The notes under the pieces are model-generated. The model made no database searches. It was not told where the DNA came from and saw nothing but the letters and a program-made list of their open reading frames with translations. This document shows positions 1-9,429 of a DNA stretch of 13,672 nucleotides, one piece after another. This stretch comes from Amoebidium appalachense (Eukaryota; Protista; Ichthyosporea): the NCBI GenBank assembly GCA_963693365.1, contig CAVNZM010000075.1, positions 1 through 13,672 of the forward strand, read 5' to 3'. Positions within the stretch are counted from its first letter, which is position 1, and every line of letters starts with the position of its first letter. The position numbers and the translations under genes were made by a program.

Positions 1-375
1 CGAAGGGCGAAGGGAGGGGAGGGAGGGAGGGGGGGGGGGGGAGGCGGAGGAGAAGGGGGGGGGGGGGGAAGGGGGGAGGGGGGGGGGGGAGGAGAGAGAG
101 AGAGGCGAAGGGAGGGGAGGGAGGGAGGGGGAAAAGGGGAGGGGGGGGGGGGGGGAAGAAAAAAAAAAAAAAAACCTGTGGTGGACAGGATCAGAGACGA
201 GAGCTCCATTCCAAAGCTTACCAGGCAACCCAAAAAAACTTAGCCGGCTGAGAAAGAAGAACGGCGGGGGAATTGTTTGGGAAAAGGAGCGGGGGAGAGA
301 GGGGGGGAGGGGGAGGGGGAGAGAGGGGGAGATTGAGAGAGAGAGAGATTTTTTGAGAGAACGAGAGAGAACGAA
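1..375. repeat. Purine-rich low-complexity tract (poly-G, (GA)n, poly-A) with a short unique island at ~176-260
   Basis: Directly visible G runs, GAGAGA runs and a poly-A run at ~159-174. It is pyrimidine-rich on the minus strand, like the other RanGAP introns. Confidence 0.9.
222..247 (-). CDS. Possible small downstream RanGAP exon
   Basis: Unique island with a TTTCTCAG acceptor after a long pyrimidine tract and a GTAAGC donor. The translation is not diagnostic. Confidence 0.2.
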
Positions 376-379
376 AGAG

Positions 380-1780
380 CCACGGTATATGTGCGGGTGG
401 GTGGTGAGAAAGCTGTGCATTTTTTGTGGCAAGAGTCTAAACGAGTAGCCTTTGTTGAGCAATGTTTTAGCAAGTCGTGCAGTGCATGTGGTGAATGCAG
501 CAAGTGTGGAGCATTTGCGCTGGTAGCTATGCATTTGACTTGTCACGATGCCGTAATTTTGCAGTGCTGGAGATGAATGAGTCGTGATTTGGGAAACGAA
601 CGATGTCTAGTGCATTGAACGTGGGTGTGTCGAGCTTGTTGTAATTGGTTGTGTGAATGCCGTGATTAGTGCAGGTGATATGTAAGTCGAGTGTAGGGGA
701 CAGAGGGGGAGTGAAAACTGCATGGTTGAGTTGAAGGCTGGTCTTGGGATATAGACCGAAATCACAATCTTATAAATAGAGGGTGAGAGAGAATGCGAGG
801 ATTATGAAGGGAGATCAAATCATCTATGTAGCGGCGAGTAAACTGAAATTTTACCAAGACATCATTGCGTTCGTGTGCAATAAGCTTGCGAACAAAATCC
901 AACTCATAAGTAAAGAGATAGAAATAAGCCAAGAAAACAGCACAGTTTGTACCCATGGGGATACCAATGTCCTGTTTGTAGAGGGTATCGCCAAACACAA
1001 ATATATATTATCTACGAGGAAACATAGAAAATCCACAAGCTGTGCCTTAGAGAGATGCAGAGAGTGTTCTTTAGGCTCAAAGGAATCATCCTGGGAATCA
1101 TCATCTACACGATCCACCCAGGACAACGTGGAGCCGGTTTTCTTAATAAACATGTGTGGTTTGCGAGCGTCCGTGCATTTTTTGACAAATATTGCGTCAA
1201 TCAGTGTAGTGAGGCGAGCTTTCAAATCATGCAAGTCAATCTTGGTGTAGAGTGTGGAAAAATCAAACACAGACACGGGCGTATTTTCGTGTTGGCGTGT
1301 GGTACGGTTAAGGGCGTTGATTGTGTGTGTGAGTGCGGTGCTATCCGTGAGAATCCAAGAGCTAGTGTTGTGCGGCAGGTGGGGTTTGACAACATCACAC
1401 CACATACGTTCAACATCAGGGGAGACGAACTTAAACACACTAGTGAGGAATTGGGGAGGGAGGTTCAAGTGATGTGGCAGAGGAGTTTGCACTGAAACGG
1501 AAGGTGGGTGGTGTTTTGTGCATTTTAACTATGGCCTGAAATGTGGGCAGGCGTGTAGGGCAAGGCTTCCTGGTGTGCCTTTTTATGTCATGTGTTTTGA
1601 GAAATGCAAGGTGTTGTGCAACGATGTCTTTTGGTGCAGTGTTGCAGACGGTGTATGTTGCGGCAGGTGCATGCAGTTCGGCTGTAATGCCGCTAACGTA
1701 GTGTTTTTGCAGACGATCACGAACGTGTTGCTAGCTTTATCCATTGTGGTGACTACGAAACGTTTTTGGAAGCGACGCTA
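380..1780 (-). pseudogene. PLE reverse transcriptase domain, broken by several frameshifts and in-frame stops
   Basis: ORF fragments 851-1492 and 762-998, plus manual translation of 380-770 and 1500-1780, carry consecutive PLE RT motifs in different frames. Confidence 0.88.
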
Positions 1781-2745
1781 TAGAAGCACAGAAGCTTGTA
1801 ATTTGTGTGTGTGTGTTGGGTGCGTGTTGTGCATATGGCAGGAAGGGGCGACACTTCTGCAAAGACGGGCGGCTGCCCACGGATCTAAAGAGGGATAAGC
1901 TGCCATACCAAGATCAAAATATCCTTTGTTACAGAAACTTTGCAACGCCTGTGGGCACATATTACTATAGGTGGTGTCCTCCGTCTGCTCGACCTGCATC
2001 TGGAACTCTGGTTCCAAAATGCATGAGCGATGCAAAGTCTGCGGGCAGGCCGGGAATGTCTAAGAGCGATGTAAGCACGTGTCCGTGTTGTGGGTGTACG
2101 TATGGCGCATAGTGCGGGTCGTTGCAAGGGCAGGGTTGTGCAAGGATGTTTGCAATGGTGTCCTGCGGGAGTCGTGCGGTGTGTTTGCAGTTGATAGTGG
2201 TGTAGCCCAGGGTAGACACATATTTCCACACAGCAGAGATACGGAATTTACGCATTTCAAGCGGCAGGAGAGCATGTATTTCTTTGTCTTTGATGATGCG
2301 TTGCAAAGGGATTCTATCGAGCCCGGAGTTATGAAACACAGACACCAACATCACATGGGGTTGCGACACGTCAGCACGTTCAAGTTCAAAACGACTACGC
2401 AATTCACGTTTGAGGCACGCAGCAATCTGTGAAAGGCGAGGTTGAAGGGCGCAATACCAGTGGGGAAAGCAAGGAGGTGCTCCTTCATCCTAACGATGTT
2501 GGAGGTGTTAAAGCGGTGTAGATATGCAGAGGAAAAGATACCACGAGACATAAGACTATCGATGTGCAGTAGTCAGCGTGTAGAGCGAGGCGAAAGAAAT
2601 ATGCGTGAGGGGTGTATAGGAGGCAGGTTGGGTGGAGGTGCAGGTGCAGGTGCAGGAGAGGGTGGAGGGGGGTGTAGGAGGGGGTGTGTTGTGGAGAGCA
2701 AGCCGTGCACGCATATACAGCATGGGGTTGTGCACACGTGTAAGA
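380..2745 (-). mobile_element. Penelope-like retroelement, Naiad/Chlamys-type (permuted domain order, C-terminal RT), 5'-truncated and frameshifted
   Basis: Minus-strand frames give these motifs in order: FHNSGLDRIPLQRII...QPCPCNDPHYAPYVHPQHGHVLT (CxC linker, 2124-2132); FVVTTMDKASNTFVIVCK (DKA, 1733-1741); IVKMHKTPPTFRF; WILTDS; FDFSTLYT; a long insertion; YKQDIGIPMGTNCA; RYIDD (YIDD 819-830); and thumb GLYPK...LDLHI...YNK...VRFPNHDSFIS/YGIVTSQMHSYQRKCS...LLNKGY. No endonuclease follows the RT. Boundaries are approximate. Confidence 0.88.
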
Positions 2746-2775
2746 AGGGGGGGGGGGGGTTGGTATTAACATTAC

Positions 2776-2829
2776 CTGCAATGATACAGCCCCCTCCTTG
2801 CCCAGACCATTGTTGTTGAGATAGACTGC
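2776..2829 (-). CDS. RANGAP1: RanGAP exon (AVYLNNNGLGKEG…)
   Basis: AACAG acceptor, CAG|GTAATG donor, 54 nt. It reads EGAVSLQ as is, or EGGCIIA with one more G in the G5 run. Confidence 0.82.
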
Positions 2830-3584
2830 CTGTTTAGATATACCAAGTTAGTGCTGGGAACCTGATACCGGGATATCTATACTCCTGATTCGTTGTGTGT
2901 GTGTTTCATCTTTCTTTCTCTCTGGTAACTCTTTCTTTCCTTTTTTTGCCCCATAGATAGGTGGAGAGGTGGAAGAGGAAGTTGCGGTTGGTATGTACGG
3001 GAGGGGAGGGCCAAGGGGGGGGGGGGGGGGAGGGAGGGGGAGGAGGGGGGGGGGAGGAGGCAAATGCACAATGCAAAGACAAGCACACAATGCAGCAGAT
3101 TCACAGGGGTCTCATGCCCCTTGTACCACGGCAGACGACAAAATATTCACACGGGAGTTGAGGGGAAGGGGGATGAAGGGGGAATTAAGCGCCCATGAAG
3201 AAAACCAGGGGCAGAAGGGGGAGGCAGCTGGGAGGGGGGGGGGGGGGGGCCGTGCCTGTATGTTTGTATTTGTGGACAGAAGATGGGACATAGCTTGGGC
3301 CCCAATGGGGCCAAATGCATTGTCGCTAAAATTAACAACCCTTAGGGATTGGATGGCGCTGTGTAATAAATGAACACAGTCAGTGTCGATCTAGATCAGC
3401 CGAAGGATTCACACACACACACACACATACACACATGCACCTGCATCACACGAATACAGGCATGAACATGCACACGTACCCCCCTCCTCCCCCTCCCCCC
3501 ACCCACGGCTTCCCCCAACAATACACATGTACGTGTGTTACCCCCTCCCCCCCCCCCCCCCCCCCCCCCACCCACCCACCCACC

Positions 3585-3623
<39 letters not shown>

Positions 3624-3930
3624 GCCCACACACACACCCCACACATTCATTCATAAACAAACGGACACCCGGGTACACACACATGCATGCACCCACACCT
3701 ACCCACCCATTCACACACACACACTCTCTCTCTCTCTCCCCTCCCCCCCCCCCCCCCTCTTTCTCCCTCTCTTTCTTTCTCTCTCCCATCCCCCCTCTCT
3801 CTCCACCTCCCCCCTCTTTCCCCCTCTCTCCCCCCCCCCCCCCCTCCCCCTCCCCTCCCACCCCCTCCCCCTTCCCCCGCTTCCCCCCTCTTTCCCCAAC
3901 GCCCCCCTCCCTCCCCCCCCCCCCCCCCTC

Positions 3931-3974
<44 letters not shown>

Positions 3975-4031
3975 TCTCTCTCTCACTCTCTCACTCACTC
4001 ACTCTCTCTCACACTCTCACACACACACACA

Positions 4032-4097
<66 letters not shown>

Positions 4098-5565
4098 TCT
4101 CCCTTGCACCCACCATAGTGTCTGTCCAAATGCAGACACTGCCGGGGGAATCTCAGCCGTTGTTCTCCCAGTGAAGATATCGCTAAGGTCTGCAACCTGC
4201 ATTGGCCCCAGCCGTCACGTCAGATAATATTTTTGAACCTCTATGTAACTACATCTTCATTGCAATGTTGTCTCTAGAGCACTGATGTTTCCGCCTCTCC
4301 ATCTCCCCTCCTTCCCCCCCCTCCCCACCGTCACCCTCTCCTCCTCTCTCTATCGCCCGTCGGGCTGACAAATGATGAAGTAGGCAGATACCTCTACTAT
4401 GTTGGATTCAATACCCATTGTGATAATCGGAATACATAATTATTTCCATCTGCATTCAATCATCATTCACGACAAACCAGTGCACATGCATCAACAGTGG
4501 GGCTTAAACGACACATGTGAGTAAATGAAACACATCGATACCTTGTGTCGTGGAATCCAACCCATGCTTTATTTGCTACAATACCTAACCCAATGTGCTA
4601 ACTAATGACACTAATTGAAGCTAATGACACTAATTGAAGCCAATTGATGCACACAGTACCTGCAGATGGTTCTGCTGGTTCAGGGACGTAGCTATGGCAC
4701 GTGCAGCGTCCGGTCCAATACCTGTTCATTACAGTTAGCCAAAAATGGTTATTACCACTGGCTCTAACGTTTATCACCGGTGAAATGAAGATACATAGTA
4801 AAAAAACACAGGTGTAACTGCGGCTATTTTTCAGGCACCGACAAAAGAAGTTTGAAAAGAAAAACGTTTTCCGGGAAGGGGGGGGAAGGGGCAATAATAA
4901 CGAAAAGACCTTGAGCTATGGAAACCCCCTCGATTGTCAACCCTCCCCTTCTCCCCCCCCCCCTCCCCCTCCCTTTCAAATCCCTCTCCCTCGCCCCCCC
5001 CCCCCCCCCCCCCCCCCTTTTTCCCCGTCTTTTCTTTACAAGAAGGCGCTCTTAGTTTTGTACTGGGAAGGTGGGGAGGGGATCCGTGAGAGGAGTGGGG
5101 TGCAGGGGGGAGCAGGGAGGGGGGAGGGGGGGGAGGGGAGGGGGGGGAGGGGGGAGGGGAGGGGGGGGGGGTGTTAGGGAAGGGGGGGCACTCTTCTTCT
5201 TCATCTCCACCTCCTTCTCTCCCCGTATACTTCCTTTCCTACCCTACACAACCCCCTCCGTTCCCCACTCCCCTTCCCCAACACCCACCCCGTCCTACCC
5301 GATAGCAAAAAAAAAAAAAAAAGCATAATTTTTACATTTTACCCCCAATCGCATCTGCCCCCCCCCTCCCCCCCCCCCCCCCCCCCCCCCACCTCCCCTA
5401 CCCCTCCCCCTCCCCCTTTTCCTCTGGCGCCCCAAACACAAAGACACATAGCTCTTGCCCACACCTCTCCCCATCCCAGCCCACCTTCCCACCAGCCCCT
5501 GTTTCCCATCCCTCCCACATATCCCAACCTCCCACACAAAAACATCATGCCAGACCCCCTCTCTC

Positions 5566-5617
<52 letters not shown>

Positions 5618-5781
5618 ACACACACACACGTACTTGTAGTGCTCAGCTTGATCTTTGTGAGCATCAGGTTATTCTGCATATACAGCACTATATCCTCCAC
5701 GTCACTGGCTGTGTTGAGTTTCAACGACCGCCCATCCAGTGACAGAGCCACCTCGATAACCGGCCTCGGCCCTGTGTGTGC
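2776..5781 (-). CDS. RANGAP1: Ran GTPase-activating protein (RanGAP, LRR), N-terminal part; spliced exons 5781-5634, 4721-4660, 4196-4114, 3358-3256, 2829-2776
   Basis: Joined translation: AHTGPRPVIEVALSLDGRSLKLNTASDVEDIVLYMQNNLMLTKIKLSTT/SIGPDAARAIATSLNQQNHLQ/VADLSDIFTGRTTAEIPPAVSAFGQTLC/AIQSLRVVNFSDNAFGPIGAQAMSHLLSTNTNIQ/AVYLNNNGLGKEG. It matches recalled RanGAP motifs (SLKLNT, SDxFTGR...EIP, SDNAFGP, LNNxGxG) in the right order. Intron phases 1,0,2,0 join without adjustment. The start codon and 3' exons are not established. Confidence 0.9.
3256..3358 (-). CDS. RANGAP1: RanGAP exon (AIQSLRVVNFSDNAFGPIGAQAMSHLLSTNTNIQ)
   Basis: CACAG acceptor, 103 nt, SDNAFGP motif. The donor is the non-canonical CAG|GCACGG. 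Confidence 0.88.
3410..4100. repeat. Intronic (CA)n, poly-C and (CT)n microsatellite mosaic
   Basis: Directly visible; it produces the spurious poly-Pro/Gly/His-Thr ORFs. Confidence 0.95.
4114..4196 (-). CDS. RANGAP1: RanGAP exon (VADLSDIFTGRTTAEIPPAVSAFGQTL)
   Basis: TGCAG acceptor, GTGGGT donor, 83 nt. Contains the FTGR...EIP signature. Confidence 0.9.
4602..4639. repeat. 19-bp perfect tandem duplication CTAATGACACTAATTGAAG x2 (intronic)
   Basis: 4602-4620 is identical to 4621-4639. Confidence 0.9.
4660..4721 (-). CDS. RANGAP1: RanGAP exon (SIGPDAARAIATSLNQQNHLQ)
   Basis: AACAG acceptor, GTACTG donor, 62 nt, phase 1 to 0. This frame is missing from the ORF track. Confidence 0.88.
4940..5630. 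repeat. Intronic poly-C / poly-G low-complexity tracts
   Basis: Alternating C-rich and G-rich runs, with a C run of ~50 nt at ~5567-5617. Confidence 0.9.
5634..5781 (-). CDS. RANGAP1: RanGAP exon (…LSLDGRSLKLNTASDVEDIV…KIKLSTT)
   Basis: Acceptor TTCTAG after a pyrimidine tract; donor GTACGT; 148 nt. A nearby alternative CAG acceptor exists. Confidence 0.85.
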
Positions 5782-5888
5782 CTAGAAAGGGAGGGGGAGA
5801 GGGGGAGGGGGAGCGGAGGGGGGAGAGAGGGGAGGGGGGGGGGGGGGCAGGGGGAGGGGGGGGGGGGGGGGTTCAGAACCAAAGTCAC

Positions 5889-5957
5889 CGATACTACAAC
5901 CCTGCCTTCTTCCTTTCTCGAGCAACCAACAAACTCGTCATGTAAACCAGCATGCAT
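5889..5957 (-). CDS. Candidate first coding exon of RanGAP (MHAGLHDEFVGCSRKEEGRVVVS)
   Basis: ATG-started 69-nt frame ending at a GTGACT donor, phase-compatible with the exon starting at 5781. No homology support. Confidence 0.25.
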
Positions 5958-6253
5958 CTACAGCAATCCAACCCCCACGGTCACCAAGCCCTAGAGTGTT
6001 CGAATTCTGTAATTAGTAGCGGCCAGGATCATGCTTTGTCCCCCAACACCCCCTCCCCCTCCCAGCTCCCTCCCCCCTCCCCCTCCCCACCCCACCCCCC
6101 CCCCCCCCCAAAAAAAAAATAAAAGTAAAAATCAAATACATGTATAAACCCTCCCCCTCCTTCAACACTATCTTCATTCTCTCTACGACTATTCATTAGC
6201 ACTGGCTGGGACAACGATGAGCATGGAAGCCGTCGAAGGGTCAGCGGGATAGA

Positions 6254-6988
6254 TCAACAGAGCAGAGAAATAGGTCGATTGAAAAGGAGGTCAGCAAAAG
6301 TCTGCAAAAGACGGGCAAGAGGGGGGGGGGGGGGAGGAGGGGGGGGGGGGGGGGGGGGGGGAGAGGGGGGCGGTGGGAGAGAGCGGCGGGGCTGGCGGGG
6401 GGTGGAGGGGAAATGGACAGGGAGAGGAGGACAAGAGTCACCAAAAGGGGTCTCTTGAAGAGGTACGGGTCAGGGAGCCCTATGAAATTACTGCGAGTTT
6501 TAAAGGCCTCAGTCGTGGGCCTGTGCGTTCATGTGTATGCTTTTTCTGTGGTTCGGGTGTCACCGTGTGTGCAAGCACCTTTACGTGTTTGATGGTAAAA
6601 CTGATTGATGTGCGAGATTGAGACATCTTCAAGGGCTGAAGTAGCAACACTTTTTAGGGCCTCAAGGGGTTATGTTGGGATCCTGTGGCGGGAGGTGGTG
6701 GGGATGTGGTGCGGTGGAGTGCGGGGGGGAAGTGGAGGGGGAAGGGGAAGGGGAAGGGGGCCGGGGGGAGGGGTAACGGGGGGGAAGGAGGTGTTTACCA
6801 TGTTGGCGATGTTCAATCACACAGGAGATTCTTGTAAATGAGCGCTGCTGTAAGCAGACGGGGGCAAGGACGACTCCCGTGTAGCTGCGAACGTACAGCT
6901 GTGTGTGGCCCACACGCTTACTTCAGGTTGCGTGTTCTATAGGTGTGCAACAGAACAGCGTGTAAGTGTGCGTTTCGTATAGAACATG
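6254..6988 (-). other. Candidate multi-exon segment of unknown function (exon-like 6847-6799, 6682-6579, 6520-6442, 6301-6254)
   Basis: Four unique islands, each starting at a CAG acceptor; the first three end at GT donors. The last two join in frame (PTTEAFKTRSNFIGLPDPYLFKRPLL/TFADLLFNRPISLLC*). The first two need about 3 single-base indels to join. Confidence 0.3.
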
Positions 6989-7220
6989 AGTATATTTTTA
7001 TTAGCAGCGAACGTAAGTTCCTTTAACCGGAAAAGAAAAAAGCTGTGGACTCTGGAGAGTATGCGGAAACCAATGAAATAACATATTAAAGGGCTATATA
7101 TGGTAACAAAACATTATCGAGCCAAAAAAGGAAAATGGCGCCAAACTTTCTACCAATCAGTGTTCACTCGGCTGAGCCTCCTGCCTGGGGCCGCGCAGCG
7201 GCCTCGGAGGTTCTCAAGAA

Positions 7221-7267
<47 letters not shown>

Positions 7268-7345
7268 TTTCTTTCTTTCTTCCTTTCTTTCTTTTTCTTT
7301 CTTTCTTTCTTTTTTCTTTCTTTCTTTCTCTCTTTCTTTCTTTTT
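7221..7345. repeat. (TTTC)n microsatellite
   Basis: Directly visible, imperfect. Confidence 0.95.
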
Positions 7346-7546
7346 AGCTTGCTTTCTCTCTTCCCACGGTAAGCCTTTCGAACCAAATAAGACTCAGCCG
7401 TTAGCCTTTGGAACCAAATAAGGCTTGTTCATGGTATTTTTAAGCGGTGATTGGACTACCACGCACCCAAGACCATATATAGAAGTGGGTACTGATATTG
7501 GACTCCTAGTATTGCAATTGGGCAATCAAATCGTTCAGACTTTCCG

Positions 7547-7833
7547 GTAATTGATAAAGGGGCGGCTATCCCCAGGGTTTACCGCACGCGCGGGGTACTT
7601 CAAGGGTCCCTGCTAAGTCCTCTTCTTTTCAACCTGTATATTGATGATTTAGCCGACACTCTTTCTGCGGCACAAATTGACGGGGGGTTGCCATCCCAGG
7701 CTCCCCCCGCCCTCTTTTTTGCCGACGGTATTGTGCTTATGTCATCCGATCCTCTCGAACTACGGCAATACATTCGTGTGGTTGAACATTGGTGCCAGCG
7801 CAACGATATGCAGATTAATGTCAAAAAGTGGGT
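7547..7833 (+). pseudogene. Non-LTR retrotransposon (LINE) reverse transcriptase fragment
   Basis: RTRGVLQGSLLSPLLFNLYIDDL...ALFFADGIVL...WCQRNDMQINVKK covers RT domains 4-6. The catalytic FADD reads FADG, and the fragment is truncated on both sides. Confidence 0.88.
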
Positions 7834-7859
7834 GCTACCCTCAATTCCCAAGCTCCTAG

Positions 7860-8024
7860 GGTGTGACGTAATATTTGGCACGAAATTTATTTGGCACGAG
7901 CCTGCAAAACGGTGAAAATGGGGCAGGATGTCGCCCAGGCACCGACAGGAGCTTGGGGATACCCCTGGATGTGCTCCGCTAGCGGGCTGGTGCCAAATAA
8001 ATTCGTGCCACATTTTACATCACC
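7860..8024. mobile_element. MITE-like element with ~38-40 bp imperfect terminal inverted repeats
   Basis: 7860-7900 GGTGTGACGTAATATTTGGCACGAAATTTATTTGGCACGAG versus the reverse complement of 7987-8024, GGTGATGTAAAATGTGGCACGAATTTATTTGGCACCAG. No clear TSD. Confidence 0.55.
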
Positions 8025-8659
8025 AGGTTCGTGCCAAATTATTTGGTGCCAAATTTATTTGGGGCATAAATGGGTCGGTTCGAACTATTATGGGTCGAAT
8101 CAGCTCGAATCGTTCCTGACCCGTTTTCTGACCCGTTTTTGTGGCTCATCGTTGGTGGCGTCTGATTCGAGGAATAAACTCGAAAGGCGGGCTAAGCAAG
8201 ACCACGTCAACCACGTGCAGGTGGTGGCGTACTTGAACGGGCAGTCACAGCCTGGACTGGCAGTTGACAGGTGTGACACAGCGCTAGCATCCTTATCATA
8301 TTGCAGTAGGCTCATATAAAAATAATAAAAACAGACAACACCCTTTAATGCTCGATCATAACTGACAGTACATATTTTGTGTGAGCATGGGTTACAAACA
8401 TGCTCGCGTCCGCATTGGACGTGGGCAAGGCCATTGGGCTTTGCTGAGGATTCTCGTTCATGTTATCCTCGCCTTTTGTCTTTTGGCTGCAGCGGGTTCA
8501 ACAAACAACCCAGATGGGGTGAACAAAAAAGTCATTAAGGAAAACAAATCTTGGTCTAAAGATCATGCCAAGCTGGAACAGCCATTCGTTGCACGGTACA
8601 TTGATTATTGCATAGCGGATCATGAGGACTCTGTCGAAGCTGGCACGTGCCCTCCCCAG

Positions 8660-9429
8660 TGTTGGACATCGTGTTCATAGAAGCTAGTTCTAGTGCACGT
8701 TGTTCCTTCTGTAAGTCAGAAAAAATTCCATCTTGTGAGGCCAACCTCTGCTCCAGTAGTTGGACTAGTTGCTGCAACTGTAAGTTGTCAGACATAGTGT
8801 CGTGTATGATGGGTAACTAGTTGTCTATGTGTTTTGTGCACTGAAAACGACAGTAGAAAAGTGTAAATCAAACGTTCTGCTTCCCATGTTTGTGACATGG
8901 GAGGCACTGCTTTATATAGTCGTTGGCCACCTCATGGTGGCCTCGTGTGCACCCTGGTGGTGGGCCATGTACAGCATGGCCGAAAAGAGAGCACAATGAA
9001 AACAAGTCGTTAAAGATATAAAAGTTAACTGTGCACGTTGAGTGGCTAGTTAACTTGCACTAAAGCACACAAATAAACGTGTTTAACACACCAATTGCAG
9101 TTAAACGTAAATCTTACTTCACACAACTAAAAATATTCTGAGAATATCCGGGAATAAAGCACACTACCACTCTAAGAATAGAATCCTGTGGTAAATATAG
9201 ACATGACATCATCTGAACCGGGAATATTAATTAATGAGCACAATTAGCACGTTGCTAGTGAAGCTCGTCATTGGTACAGTTTTGGCTCAAACATATAACT
9301 ACCATATATGAAAATATGACCGTAAACAAAAGCTCTATGCACTCGAGTGAGTGTTGAAACAATTATTCAATTGCTCAGAAACTTTCTCTAACAGACATTG
9401 CTAGCCGGGAGTACCAGTGTACTCCAACA
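8660..9429 (-). repeat. Putative 3' LTR of the host copia element (right boundary good, left boundary tentative)
   Basis: On the minus strand TGTTGGAGT starts at 9429 right after a PPT. A matching inverted end (TGTTGGA on plus) is at 8660, with a minus-strand TATATAAA at 8911-8918. An alternative end lies at 9352. The 5' LTR is outside the window. Confidence 0.4.

Noticed and set aside
380-2600. Selenocysteine recoding of the PLE ORF, as in some Naiads
   Set aside because: The interruptions include TAG and TAA stops and frameshifts, so decay or sequence error explains them better than TGA recoding.
3396-4227. Long Pro/Gly/His-Thr-rich ORFs (up to 230 aa), also at 2848-3373 and 4911-6444
   Set aside because: They are translations of microsatellites and homopolymers, mostly inside RanGAP introns, and are open in several frames on both strands.
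8116-8140. CTGACCCGTTTT shared with the TRIM LTRs
   Set aside because: A 12-13 nt match that includes a T run, with no extension on either side; compatible with chance.
8381-8680. 99-aa plus-strand ORF with a hydrophobic signal-like stretch
   Set aside because: No recognisable family or splice support, and it overlaps the opposite-strand ORF and the tentative LTR edge.
8946-8995. Hammerhead-ribozyme-like layout (stem followed by GAAA)
   Set aside because: The upstream core reads CTGGTGGTG, not CTGANGA, and there is no convincing stem I/III or cleavage triplet.
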